A DNA stretch of 64,000 nucleotides from the human T2T-CHM13v2.0 reference genome, Homo sapiens (GCF_009914755.1 NC_060929.1), one strand, 5' to 3'; positions 29,433-43,169 are shown, numbered from the stretch's first letter. Notes: a model not told the origin generated them from the letters alone. Made by a program: numbers and translations.

Positions 29433-29492
29433 AAAATCAATTTTTGAATAAAAGTGTATTAAAAAATCAAATTTTGAATAAAAGTATATTTA
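29433..29492. repeat. 30-bp imperfect tandem duplication
   Basis: AAAATCAA(T/A)TTTTGAATAAAAGT(G/A)TATT x2. Confidence 0.9.
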
Positions 29493-29944
29493 ACTTTGAA
29501 TACCACTTACCTTCCAAAGTAACTATAAAAGTTCTATAGGAGAGGGAAAGAACAGTTTCACCCTCCGTGAGTAAGTATTTTCTCTATCAGTGACTCTGTT
29601 CAAGTTTTAAGGCAGGTAGGTGCAAAACAAATCATTGATCAGGTTATTCTACTCAACAATTAGCCACTATGGGTATTGTAGTTTTATTTATCAACAGTTT
29701 GTAAGCAACAACAGCTGGTTTATAAACATTATGAAAGTCATATAAAATGCACACTTGTTACCAATATTTTGTTAATAGGCTACTTAGAAGTTGGAAAGAA
29801 ATATTGTCATTTTAACAGTTATGTAAATAGAAAGGCAAGTTATAAATATTATAGGCATACAAGTGTTCATATATACTTGACTCCAAGATCAAGATTAAAA
29901 AATATATATAATAGGTAGTTTAGTGTGCTATGTGATTTGTACAC

Positions 29945-30370
29945 TATTTCTAGAATTTGACATTTTGTATCAAACAATTACATATGCATACCTTTTAAGC
30001 CAGCCATTGTACCTGTAGAAATTTATTAAAAAATAGTCAGATAAGTGCAATGTGTGTGTTTGTATTATGGCATAATTTTTGAGTATAAAAAAATCAGAAA
30101 AACCTAGATGACTATTGGTAGAAATTAGTTAATCAGGATAAGTCTATATAATGCAACACCATAAAACCACTAATAATTGTTATATATCTCTACTTATTCA
30201 CAATTAACTAATTTCCCAATATATTGTTAAATGGGAGATGTAATCTACAAATGGCTAGGGATAATATTATTCTATTACTGTAAAAAAGATTATAAATATT
30301 TTAATATATGTCTTGAAAATTCTGGAAGGATATACATGAAAATTTTCAGATTGGTTTCTTCCAAGTGGTG
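29945..30370 (+). mobile_element. Very old L1ME-like 3' fragment
   Basis: ATGCATACCTTTTAAGCCAGCCATTGTACCTGTAGAAATTTAT resembles the degenerate ORF2 end DPAIPLLGIY. Confidence 0.5.
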
Positions 30371-30989
30371 ATATTCCTTTAATGAATAAATACCAGTCCA
30401 GTTCAGTAAAAGAACCATTTGGTCTAGTTAATAAACGGAAGTGTAAGGAAGTGAGACAATGTTTCACATTTGACTCCTGCTTTTTTCTGAAGTGAAAACC
30501 TATATGGCCACCTGACATTCTGCAGGCCCACTTTTATCCTGTAGATTGTTGCTCATCTGTTTAATCAACAGTCTTCTATTTGTCTTCAGGAAACAAATGA
30601 TAATCAAATCAGCGGAACCTCCACTTTGCTTCATTCTCCCTCCTAATTGAAACCTTAGCCTATGTTTACCGGTAGTGGAACACACGAATGAAACAATGAT
30701 ATTTTTCAAGTTTGTTCTGTAACATTTTTACACCTTTTTCTTGTACAGTATTTTTACCAACAGCTATTACTAAAGTTACAATAATATTTTGATACATAAT
30801 GAGATGGAATTAAATATGTTTAAGGAAGTGCTGTTGATCTAAGTTACTAGAGAGTTTGGAATTGGCAGCAAGAATGGACCAAATATAGAATGATGTTCAG
30901 AACTGAAAAGGAGGTGAAGGGGGGTATATATATGAAATTGGGGGCTAGGAGAATTGAGATTTGGAAAGACAAGCATAGCATGGAAATAG

Positions 30990-31165
30990 AGTAAAAAGTT
31001 GAAAAGAATGTGAGCCTTGAGACAAATAGGCTTTGTTTTGGCATTCTTTTCTGCCACTTACCTGTGTAAACTTGAGCAATTAACTGCCCTTGGTCTTAGT
31101 CTCTGCAGCCATAAAATGGAGAGATTTATATCAGTGTTGTAAAAATTAAATGACATAAATACAAA
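30990..31165 (+). mobile_element. MIR SINE
   Basis: TCTGCCACTTACCTGTGTAAACTTGAGCAATTAACT...GTTGTAAAAATTAAATGA. Confidence 0.7.
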
Positions 31166-31202
31166 CCTAAAGTTCTTGTAACAAAGTGGACAGTCGAACA
31201 CT

Positions 31203-31703
31203 AGGGTGGTGGCCAGTCTCTGAGATGACACTCAATGACCCCACCTCCTGGTGTTTACACCCCTGTGTGTAGTTCCTTCCCACGTAGTATCTGAGCTGGT
31301 CTGTGACAATAAAATACAGCAGAAGTGTCTCTTCTGAGGTTAGGTGATAGAAAGATTGCAATTTCCATTTGGGGTTCTTTCTTTCTTACTCATATCACTT
31401 GCTGTGGGGAAAGCTATGTTATATGAGGAACATGGGTGGCTCATGTGGTGAGGAGCTAAAGCTTCCTGCTAATAACTCTGTGCTTGAGCTTGGAGGCAGA
31501 TCCTTCAGACTTAGTGAAGCCTCAGATAACTGCAGCCCCAGCTGACACTTTGATTGCAGCCTCGTGAGACATCCTAAGCCAGAACCACTGAGCTAAGCTG
31601 CTCCTGAATTCTTGACCCACCCAAACTGTGAGATAATAAATACTTCTCCTTTAAGTGCCTAAGCTTGGATTAATCTGTTATGCAGCAATCAATAACTAAT
31701 ACA
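31203..31703 (+). mobile_element. MLT1F-like MaLR solo LTR
   Basis: GAGATGACACTCAATGACCCCACCTCCTGGTGTTTACACCC...GCAGCAATCAATAACTAATACA. Confidence 0.85.
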
Positions 31704-31836
31704 TGTAACTATCATTTTGAAGATTTGGGAGGTGATGGTTTAAATCTGTAGTAAGTGGGCGCTAATAGTAGGCAGTAAGAATTTTAAGTGGATCTAGCGG
31801 TGGGAAGGAAAGTTAAGCACTAGTATCCTAGGCCAG

Positions 31837-32145
31837 TTTATTGATTGATTGGTTGATTGATTGAGACAGAGTCTAGCTCTGTCGCTGAGGCTGGAGTGCA
31901 GTGGCCCGATCTCAGCTCACTGTAACCTCTGCCTCCAGGGTTCATGAGATTCTCGTGCCTCAGCCACCCAAGTAGCTGGGATTACAGGCATGAGCCACCA
32001 CACATGGCTAATTTTTGCATATTTTTTTGTAGAGATGGGATTTCACCAAGTTGGCCAGGCTGGTCTGGAGCTGCTGGCTCAAGTGATCCACCGTTCTGGC
32101 CTTCCAAAGTGCTGGGATTACAGGTGCGAGCCACTGTGCCCAGCC
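31837..32145 (-). mobile_element. Alu (S/J) with a (TTGA)n-patterned tail
   Basis: TTGATTGATTGGTTGATTGATTGAGACAGAG followed by a full antisense Alu. Confidence 0.93.
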
Positions 32146-32383
32146 AAAAGGTCAATTTATACTTTATTTATTGGAGGACTCTGAGCCAGGGCTTCTCAAC
32201 TGGTAAGCTAGGAATTTGGCATAGATGTTTTTAGATATTGATTCCTTTACACTCTTTCGGAGGTTTGGTGAGGTCTGGGAGGCTGAATTCTTGGAGCTGG
32301 TCACCTCTGGTCTTGCGAAGGCTCCCCTTTTTATGCCCATGTGCCATACAATATGATTTTCTATGTGTGCCATCGTGTGAGAA

Positions 32384-32457
32384 CATTGGACAGTACTGGC
32401 ATTTACAAGGCCAGCATCTTCATTGGACAGTACTGGCATTTACAAGGCCAGCATCTT
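32384..32457. repeat. Perfect 37-bp tandem duplication
   Basis: CATTGGACAGTACTGGCATTTACAAGGCCAGCATCTT x2. Confidence 0.98.
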
Positions 32458-32587
32458 TGCTTTGAGTACAGAAGTGTGAGACAAATAACTTCATATAAAC
32501 TGTGAACAGCGAAGGTTAGACTAAGTCAGAATTTAAAAATCTAGTGTTCTATGGTCCCTTAAGGTCTATAAAGGGGGATTCAAATAT

Positions 32588-32745
32588 TCAACCTTTGTGC
32601 CTCAGTTTCCTCAATTGTACTAGCAACCATACCCATTTCACAGGATTGCTGCGATTGTTACATGAGCTATCCAATATCAAGTGCTTAGAACTGTGCCTGT
32701 CTGGCATATGTTTAGTGCTCAATAATGTCAGTTACAATTATCATT
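32588..32745 (+). mobile_element. MIR SINE
   Basis: TGTGCCTCAGTTTCCTCAATTGTA...GTGCTTAGAACTGTGCCTG...GTGCTCAATAATGT. Confidence 0.8.
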
Positions 32746-33656
32746 GCTTCTGGACCCTGGCTCCAAACTTCTTCCTACCAGCTTGAATTCTTGGAATCAG
32801 GCTTGGATTAGGTCTTCCTGTATTCATAACAAGACTAGGTTATTGTAGCCCAGGGCTTCAAATCTGCTGTTCCTTTCTCCTGATTGAGGCAATATCCCTC
32901 TGGAACATGAGAATTTTTTGGGAGTTATTTATTCATTTCACCCTGACTTGGCAAGAACAGGCAGAGGCTGCTGTTCACCTCCATAAGTCTCAGATATTTT
33001 ACTTGTAAAATAAAAGGGTTAGATTATGTGACTTATAAGGCCTCTTTCAGTCATAACAATCTATGAGTTTATAAATAATAGAATTAACGCACAGGCGAGT
33101 AGTAGTGGTGAAGTGGAGTGAAAGGTGATCAGTGCAATTGCAGTTTCAAGCTTAAAATAATTGTACAGGACATTTAGATAAAACCTGGCTTCCAAGGCTA
33201 TCTAGGTATACATTACATATGAAAAAACTCTAGTTTCTGAAAAGTGAGAAATATCTGTAGTTATTCTCATAACATTTTATTTGATTTTATACTAAATTCT
33301 ATGTTCTATACTGTAATGATGTGTCTATACTCTACACATAAACCAGTATCTATCTATCTATCTACCATCTAGCTATCCATCTATATGCAGCTATCACTTT
33401 AAAGAAAAATTAAGGCATTATTCATGAACAAGTTTAATTTGCTTTAAAACAATAATATTAATGATATTTTCATCCAATAATATTAACTTTCATGTATTAT
33501 TTTCCAAAAGGTAAAGCAACTGTTGTGGAAATTAAAGACTCAGATTTTTACAATGAGACTGAACCAATGAATAAGGTTTTTGGATGGCAATTAAAGAATT
33601 CTCAGTAAAAAGGAATATTTAGATTAAATAGGATAATTTCGTCATCACAGTTAAAT

Positions 33657-33678
33657 AAAAAAAAAAAAAAAAAAAAAA
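33657..33678. repeat. Poly(A) tract, 22 nt
   Basis: Seen directly; no Alu or L1 body recognised upstream. Confidence 0.95.
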
Positions 33679-36600
33679 TCACTTCACAAAACAGCCAGCA
33701 GAGGTCCTCAGTCCCATAGTTTATCAATTCTATCACCGTCCTGAAAAATCTCTCCCTGTTGAATAAGGAGCTGGCTCCAAAGGCTCATTTGCTTACTTCA
33801 GATAACTAATCACAATGCATCGCCTACAGGTTTAAACTAGAGATGGAAAAGAACATATTTAAATCAAAAATACATTTATTCTCATAGATTTTTTTAAAAA
33901 AATACAATTAATATGTGCAACAATGTATAATGTGTTGAAAGAAATACAGATACAAAAGAATGAGGGAGTAAAAGGGCAAGTTACATGTTTTAAATCAGTA
34001 GTTTTCAGAAAAATTCAACAGATAAAGGTGAAGAATGTTGAGGAGAAGACAAAGCCATTATATATGGGTCTCATTTCTGTTCCTTTCTCAGTTTGAACTA
34101 TTGTTTTACTTCTAGGAGAAAAATAAAATGAAAGGATTCATATAGGACATTCTTTAGGCAAAAATCCTAAATACTGTGTTTTTTCATTAAAATTTTAAAA
34201 AGGATTTAATAGAATCAGAAATAGAAATAACTAATGAGGTTGTTGCTATCTGAGATACTTAGAAAATATTTCTGAGTTGCCAATCTTTCTCCTCCTGTTT
34301 CTTTTTGTCTTAACACTGAGACAGCATTGAAACTTCTCTTAAAAGGAAATACTCATTGGATGACCGCCAGAGAAACTTGAGCGTCTCTCTTGATAGAGCT
34401 TACTAGTTTACTGGTGTTGTGTTAGGGTTAATTGGCAATATGTGCAAGATATAAAAAACCCAATATTTCGTCAAACAAAGAAGTAAACATTTAAGACAAT
34501 GGCCAAAGCTCAATCTCTTTGGGTCTTAGCTTCCCAATCTAAGTAATACTTTGAGGTTATTGTGTTTGTGGAGGAATGTGTTAGGCAGGGCAGGCCAAGG
34601 GATATAATTTAATGACCTGACATAGATGTATATACTAGGAAGATTAACTAGACATCATCTCATGGCCAAAAGTAAATATAATGGAAATTAGATAACAAGG
34701 AAGGAAAGATTCTGAGTAAAGATGAGATAAATAATCTCAAAGTAAAAGAAAAAGGAAGGCTCATCTAGGCAATTGTCTTCTCATTCTTTTCAATTCTTCT
34801 TGAGGTTGTTTGCCTTTTTTTCTTCCTAATATTATCTTCTGTCTCTCTTTCTCTTTGGTGGTGGCAGGCTGCCTTGAAAATTAGAGAGTCTTTAGAATTC
34901 AAACACAGACAAACCAATAATGGGAATGTGGGAGACATTCTTGGCCTTTCTTAAAGGTAGATCTGGGACACTCTAAACATTTATATAAAAGCTAAGCAGC
35001 TTTTTAAGGTTTTTTTTAAGAAAGTGGTCAGAGAATTGGTGGGTAGCACTTAATTAAATTCATGATAGCTTTTAGAGCAAGTGAACATCTTTGGAAAAGG
35101 ACTTGTTTATCTTACTTCCCTTCGTACCTTACCCAGCAAGAATGAACTGAGTGAGAAAGACCTATAATAGTGGAGATAAAGAATAACCAAAAGGAACTCT
35201 GTTGTTATCTATAATCTGCTTGCTTGAGTGTGCCTATTTTCTTTCTAAAAAACAGGCTTTCAGATAGTCTCAGTGCTAAATGATATGAGTAACTAATTTT
35301 CACTTACAGCAAGATATAATATGCACAGGTATGCATGAATGTCTTCAGGGCTAGTTATCACAGGCTTTGGTTTTACATAAAGATGTTTGGGGTATGTGCA
35401 GTGTTTTATTAATTCTAAAGTTGCGTGTTCACAGCACAGTATCTTTCCAGTGTATTAAATATGTTTTTCAGGTATATCTAATTTATTAATTTATTTCTTT
35501 TTTGGTCATAAAGCTCTGCATTTGCTACTATTTATTTGAGGCATTCTATTATGCCCAAGATTTCAATGAACATTATTTAGACCTCTGGATAGTAATAAAT
35601 GTGTCTAAGTATATTTGTTGCCAAAGTGAAAACTATAATAGGATAAAATTATTATATAACATATTGCAAATAAACACATTTGTTTTATATGCAAATTAGA
35701 TCTTGTTATATACTATATAACCATATTATAAAACACTTAAAATAACATTTCATTAGATTTGGAAGTGCTGCTGCATTATTTTGCAGTTATCCTCATGTGT
35801 ATTCTTAAATTCTCTCCATATAGGAGATAAATCTAGAAATTTAATGATTTACATTGGGGGATTACACTTTTTTCTAGTCTGGTTTGGTGTTTTTCTGTGG
35901 CTTGGTAAAGTTGAAGGGGTTGGATTTTACTGTCCTCATTGCCCTCTCTTTAAGCAAAAATATGGATTAAACAAATTTCATCCTTTACTTGCTAAGTAAA
36001 CTTAAGTAATATAGTTCAGACTACCCAGTTATAGATAAAATCTGAGGCATTCATTGCTCAAGAGTCATGGATGCTCCTTCTTTTCTTCTGTATTTCTTAA
36101 TTAGAGGGGTTTCTAATCTAACATGGCATCTACTATTTTTCATTAATGTAAAAGAGATGCCAGAGGGAGCTGACCAGTGTCCCTAAAGACTGCCATTGAA
36201 AACACACTAAACATTGGCCAGAGTGTGACAGGAGCCACTTGTATCTCCTTCCTTACACATCTAAATGTTGCAAGACATGCTCAATAACTGAGTATTAGTT
36301 GTAAGAATACTGAGAGATGGGATTAGAAGCGTTATTTTCTTTTAGTCCTTAAAAATATATCCATGGACTACGGCCATTTGTTTTCATGTATTTCAGTCAT
36401 TTTGTCCTCAATTTACTCCTGTTTAGTTCCTAGGTTATGAGTTACTCATAATGCCCCAATTTTTCTATTATTAGATTTTAGTCTTGCACATCGAATATTT
36501 CCATCATGACCACTTCTTTTTTATAGAGAAATTGCCAGGTTTCTCAGGGTAAATAATGGAGGAGAAAAGTTGAAGGGCAAAGGATATAGAGAGAAAGCTA

Positions 36601-39073
36601 ACAGACAACTTTTTCCCCAAGGCCACCAAACTGGCAAAGAGATGGACTGGTTCCTAAGTTGCCACATTAGGGTTGGACCTTGGTGTTCCAAAGAGAATGT
36701 GATTGATGGTGTTAAGAAAACTTGATCTTCTAGTTATATTAAAAATAGAAATAAATTTTTAAAATTAAATTTGAATTTTCAATTTTCACTTTAACATTTT
36801 ATCACTGATTTCCATTACATTAGGTGGACAAGATGCATTATTCTGAAACCAAACCAAACAGAAAACACAAAAAAACCTTACAACATTTTGATTGTGTTGA
36901 GATTTTTACACTGAGATAGAGACAAATATCTTTGGCCAGTCTCAAGTATAGATGATGATGATGATTTTATCATATTTTCCTGTTATTCTGTCAGTAATTC
37001 CACACAGGTATGTCTGTGAATAAAGAGACTGTATGGTTCTTTAGATAAAGGGACAATTTGTAAATCTTCTCCCGCTGCCAAAATTATTTTTTCCATTTGA
37101 ATATTTATTATTTCTGTTTTGTGATAAAGATAAGAATGATAATCTCTTTTCAATGCCATACTAACTTTATTAGGATGGAAAAAGGGTTAAATCAAAGAAG
37201 ACATTTGTTAAATAAATACCAAATTCGATATGGCATAGGAAATGAGCTGCTGGTAGGTATGTCTAGCTCATTGCTTCTGTTTTTATTCAGACCTTGTTCC
37301 TAATACATGCCAAATAATGACAGTTAAGACTAGATTTCCTTTCAGCATTTGTGTGTGTGTGTTTGGGGAAACTGCGAGGAGGTTGGTCTATCTATTTTAT
37401 GATGTTGGCTGTGATACAAAGAAAAACTCGAGAAAAGCAAGGTTCTAGTAGTGGTAAAAGATGGGAAGCTCATATATTATCAATCCATATATTTGTCCCT
37501 CTCCATAGTTTTGCTCTTCCACCTTTACCTAAAATAAATAAGGAATTACCTGAGGCAGAATATTGATGGATCTGTTTTTTAAATTGATTATTTTTCAATG
37601 CTAAGGCTTAAAGAATAATTAGGGTTTACGAAGGGCTCACGGAAAAGACTTATTTGTTTATAAGCTTTTTGTTAAGCTTCACTATTCTTTGCATTTTTGA
37701 AAATGCGAGGATAGATATTTCCTCCACAGTTAATTTTTCTTGTCATTTAAATGTTGTCATTATTAATATACAAAAATATTTTATGTGGAATTTCATTGAT
37801 TATGTATTTACATTAATTTGAATACAGGCTTAACAGATATTTACATTTATATTTTCAAAGAAAAAAATACTAAGAAATTAACAGTAAATGTAATTTCGGT
37901 GGTGTATCTACCTAATTAGATAAATGAATTGTTTTCAGTCAGCTTAGAAACACTCCAAATGTAATATAGTGTAATTGCTATTTATAAATACATAAATTCA
38001 ATTTCAGGTTCTTCAATAATTTAAAAATTATTTCTGTATATTCATTATAGCAGGACTTTAATGTTGGGTAACTCCGTTAATGCATGCAACTGGAATAATA
38101 ATGCTGTACACCTGAATTTTGTTATATTTATAATGAGATACATATTAATGGCAATTTTTTATTAGATTTTTTTTACAGTTAATACAACTTGATAAAGTTT
38201 TACAGCATTAGTTTTTGCAAAGGACAGTAAAGGACAAAGAAGAAGTTTAAAACAGTTAAGAGACAAATTTATTGTTTCATAAGCTTCTTAGAGTTAGATT
38301 ACTTTGAAGTTACTGCTACATGCTGAAGTATAATTTTGGCAAAAGATTTTTAAAAACCTAGATATTATGATATTGACTATGTAAGCATTCTAAAGTAATT
38401 ATTGGAAGTATGTGTACTTTAATTACTTTTAATAGAAAACACTGTACAGTAAAAAATAGTATCAACGGTGTAGTAATATAAAAATGGTAAAATAGTACAA
38501 AAAAGCATTAATTTACCTTGTGGCTTTAGTTGAGTTACTAGGCATCTCTGAGTCTCAATTTCCTAATTTGGACTGAATGATCTGTAGGATTTAAAATTCG
38601 AAAATGACCTATATCTATAATATTGCTACCACACAACTTCAAAGAACTTCAGTATCATGCAATGTTGATGTAATCATGTATTTACTTAAAGCAGCAAGGC
38701 TTTTAGAATACAAGTTTATACATAAGGTTAGTTTATCAGATCAAAGCGTTTCATTTTGAGGAAACTACCAAGCTTGCATGATTATTATCATTCAAGGCAA
38801 AGCTACTTTATTCCCTGGCAGATGAAATGTTATCTGGAATTTTCATTTTGTTGTTGGCATTCACATTTTAGGGATACCTAAGGAAACCAAACTGGTTTTT
38901 ACTATTATCGATCATAGTTGGTATTGATGGTACCAAAAAGCGTAATCAGTTGTTTAGAGTGAGATGTTCAGTACTTTCCTTTCTACATGTAACACTTTAA
39001 AAACCTTGCTTGGAAGAGAAGTTTATTTTTCATACAGGAGCTGGTGATCCTTTTGAAGTGGAATTAGATTCTT

Positions 39074-39087
39074 GTTGTCATGGCAAC
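39074..39087. promoter_or_regulatory. RFX X-box-like palindrome
   Basis: GTTGTCATGGCAAC is one mismatch from GTTGCCATGGCAAC; function untested. Confidence 0.5.
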
Positions 39088-39324
39088 ACAAGATTCCACA
39101 CTCCTGCTTCTCTCAATGTATATTTTTCTGAGTCAGGGTGTTTATAAGTGTTTTATTCATTGATGATAGTGCGTGGTTATTGGCATCGAGTAACTAGATC
39201 AGCCAGATGACATCTATGGTTCCTGTCAACTTTGAATTTCTAAGATATTGGACATTCCAATAGAAGTGATTGTAGTGTCTCTTTTAGGATGGAGTTGGGA
39301 TACTAACTTTTACTTTCTTAAATA

Positions 39325-39718
39325 CATTAATCAGTCTATATAATGCAAATGGCTATAACAAGCAACACCCATACATACAGTGGCTTAGCACAGCAAATGT
39401 TTTTTTGTCTTGATTATATCAAGTGGTTGACAGGGCATAGCTGTACCAGAGGGTGACTTGTCTCTGTTGACTCTCAGAGGCTACTAGGAGTCTTCCACTG
39501 GATCTCTTTCATCTGCCTGTCTAAGAAGCCAAGAAGGAAAGCATGCAGAATCACACAGGTTGTTTATGGCTAGTTCTGGAAGTTGCACTCATCAATTCTG
39601 TACACATTGCAGGACCCAATCACGTAGCCCTAACTAACTTCAAAGGAAGCAAGGATATGTAGTCTTCTTGAGGGCTAGAAAGGGAAAATGGAATTGGCAA
39701 ACAGTCTGTTTCTGCCAT
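39325..39718 (-). mobile_element. MLT1I/J-like LTR remnant
   Basis: GCTATAACAAGCAACACCC...CAGTGGCTTAGCACAGCAAATGTTT...AATCACGTAGCCCTAACTAACTTCAAAGG. Confidence 0.6.
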
Positions 39719-40189
39719 GATGCCTTTTTGTTTACAAATGTTCTATGTGTAATTGGTATATCTTTGGGGAAATTAGATCTCTCTATTTAAAATTCACTTT
39801 GAATGATGAACAGGTGGTAGCTGATGTATTAATTTAAATTTATCCTTGTTGCCTTTTCATAAAAGACTTGTTCATTATTTCTTTCCATACAATTTAGGGT
39901 ATTCTGACTTTAACCATTAAGTTTTTATTTTTTATATTTATTGCTACCTTAGGATCTTACTTTAATTATTAAGCTTTTGGTTCTGTTAAAGAGAACTTCA
40001 TAACTTACAAAATAATAATCATAACAGGACTTTAAAAATTCCTCAGAGGCAAGATGAACTTCATTTGAAGTAATTGAAAGTCAATTATTTTGTTTTAAAA
40101 TTCACTTTTAGTTTAATTACCTGCTATTACAAGAAAAGTTGCTTAATAATCTTTTTGCTGTTCCTTACATCTGCAATAAGTATATAGCC

Positions 40190-40685
40190 ATGTGTGACCA
40201 ATTAAAGATGTTCATAAATACTTTGACACTTCTCCATTGATAAGTGGAGGCTATAGTCCCTCATTTGAATCTGGGTGACCTCTGTGGCTGCTTTGAAAAT
40301 AGAATAAGGCAGAGATGATGCAGTGCAAGTATTCAGGTTTATATCTTAAGGCAATGGCAGCTTTTACTCTTGTCTTTTGGAATTGGTGCTCTTGGAATGA
40401 AGCCACCATAATGTAGGGCTTAAAGCCCCATGGGAGCCATGTGTAGGAGGCTTGGATAACAGCTCCAGTGAATGCGCCATCCTGCAGCCAGTATCAATTG
40501 TCAGCCATGTGAGTGAGCCATCTTGGATGTTAGTCCAACAGAGCCTTCAGAGGATTCATTCAGCCCCAGGTTCTTTCTGAATGCAATCAGTCAGAGATTC
40601 CAAAAAACTGTCTGGCTGTTTAGGTCAAGGTAGAAATGTGAGAGATCATAATAATAGTTTACGTCACAATAAAAACCTAGAACAC
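40190..40685 (+). mobile_element. MLT1H-like LTR
   Basis: CATAAATACTTTGACACTTCTCCATTGA...CAGCCATGTGAGTGAGCCATCTTGGATGT. Confidence 0.7.
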
Positions 40686-41884
40686 TGTATTTTTCTTTAT
40701 TAAGATCTTATTCCTAAAAGTCTTCTAACACCATCATAACAAATGTTTTTTTTTTAACCAACCTTTGAATATGGTTGAATAATTATGGGATTTAGAGAAA
40801 TGAATATGAATCACATCTCTTTTTATTTATGTATGTATCAATCTATGTGTCTATCTACCTATCTGTTTGTATTCGTTGCAACCTAGCTGCCAGCTGAGAC
40901 AAGTTTGTGGATTAATATTTGAGTCTGAGTGACATTGCCAAGGACTGGGTTCAATGAGACGTATGTTTCAAGGTTGCCAGCAGGCAATATTCTTACCATT
41001 TTCTGGGTCATTGCCATAAACTAGAATTCTAAGACCATAATCATTTGTTCTAAGGAAGCATCAGACTCAACAGTTTGTCCTGGGTGGCAATGTCAAAGTA
41101 TGGTATAGCTGGTGGGCAAACTTGGTCACCAGAGAAAACTGCACATGTGAAGTTGTTCAAGAAACAGGGGATTCAAACATTGTTGGTTAAATGATGTGAA
41201 TTCAGGCAGGTCAGGCTATGCGTGGATTATAATGAGCTGTATCCTTATATTCTATTATTTGGAAGATCCAGAAAGGATCAGATTACTTTCCTTCATCTAG
41301 AGGTCTGTATCCTAAAATGATACCACTACAGATTCAGTTTTTTTTTGTCTCCAGAACATCTATTAAAGTATGAATATTCTCTTGGAGGCTAGTACTTGGA
41401 ATAAACTTACTCAGGTATTAGAGATTTTCATACATATTGTTTTTTTTCTAAGAAGAGAGGAGCCTTTAAAGAGAACTGGTGTTATTCTTGGGAAGATGCT
41501 GAATGTTGAAATAGGGAAAAAAGAGAGATGTCATATATTGCATACTTTATAATTTCATCTGAGCTAATGCTAAATGCACTATTTAAGAATTATAAATGCA
41601 TTTATAATTCTGTTTGCTGCATTCTGCTGTTATCCTTTGAAATCATATGAGCTTTGAGGCAGGCCCATATGTTTTATAAAGTAGTAATATAGTAAATCAA
41701 TAACATTTATTAAAACTCATTAACTGATAAACATTCCTTTTACCAGTCCTCTTCCAGGGCATATGTAAAATGTTGGAAACTGACAATGTGAATTCTGAAC
41801 AGAACATGATAGTGCTTTCTTCAACAGGCATAGGCTTAGAATTAGAAGCCTTTTGGTAGTTCCCTAATGTGTTATGTATAAATG

Positions 41885-42765
<881 letters not shown>

Positions 42766-43169
42766 TTATGCTTCACCTTTTATGATTAAGATAAATATTC
42801 TCTTCTATGAAAGAGTTCAGCAGATAGCCTCATGTATGTGATAGTTAATTGCCTTAATAACTTGATGATGTTTAAAAAATTCTGAAAATGATGCAGTGGG
42901 TTGAATACTGTCATAAATGTAATCATAAAATATTATGTAAGTGACCCAATGAACATATATATGTAACTTAGACAGTAAGCCCAATGGGAAGGCATCAAAT
43001 TATTTCCTGTCAAAATATTCCCTATTTTTGTTGTCCATATTTCTTTTAAACTTAGACCTCTATTGCTACATGGTGAATATCTTTTTCATTCACTTACTGT
43101 ATCCTTACTTTGTTGTAGGGACTAGAGAAATCAAAGAAGCATTGGCTCTGATTGGAAGGAGCTCATGTT

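Noticed and set aside
32384-32457. CRISPR-like direct repeats (also 5972-6046)
   Set aside because: The units are adjacent with no spacers, there are no cas genes, and the context is mammalian.
39038-39150. Coding exon after TTTTTCATACAG (GAGDPFEVELDSCCHGN...)
   Set aside because: No convincing donor before the stop codon, and the peptide is unrecognised.
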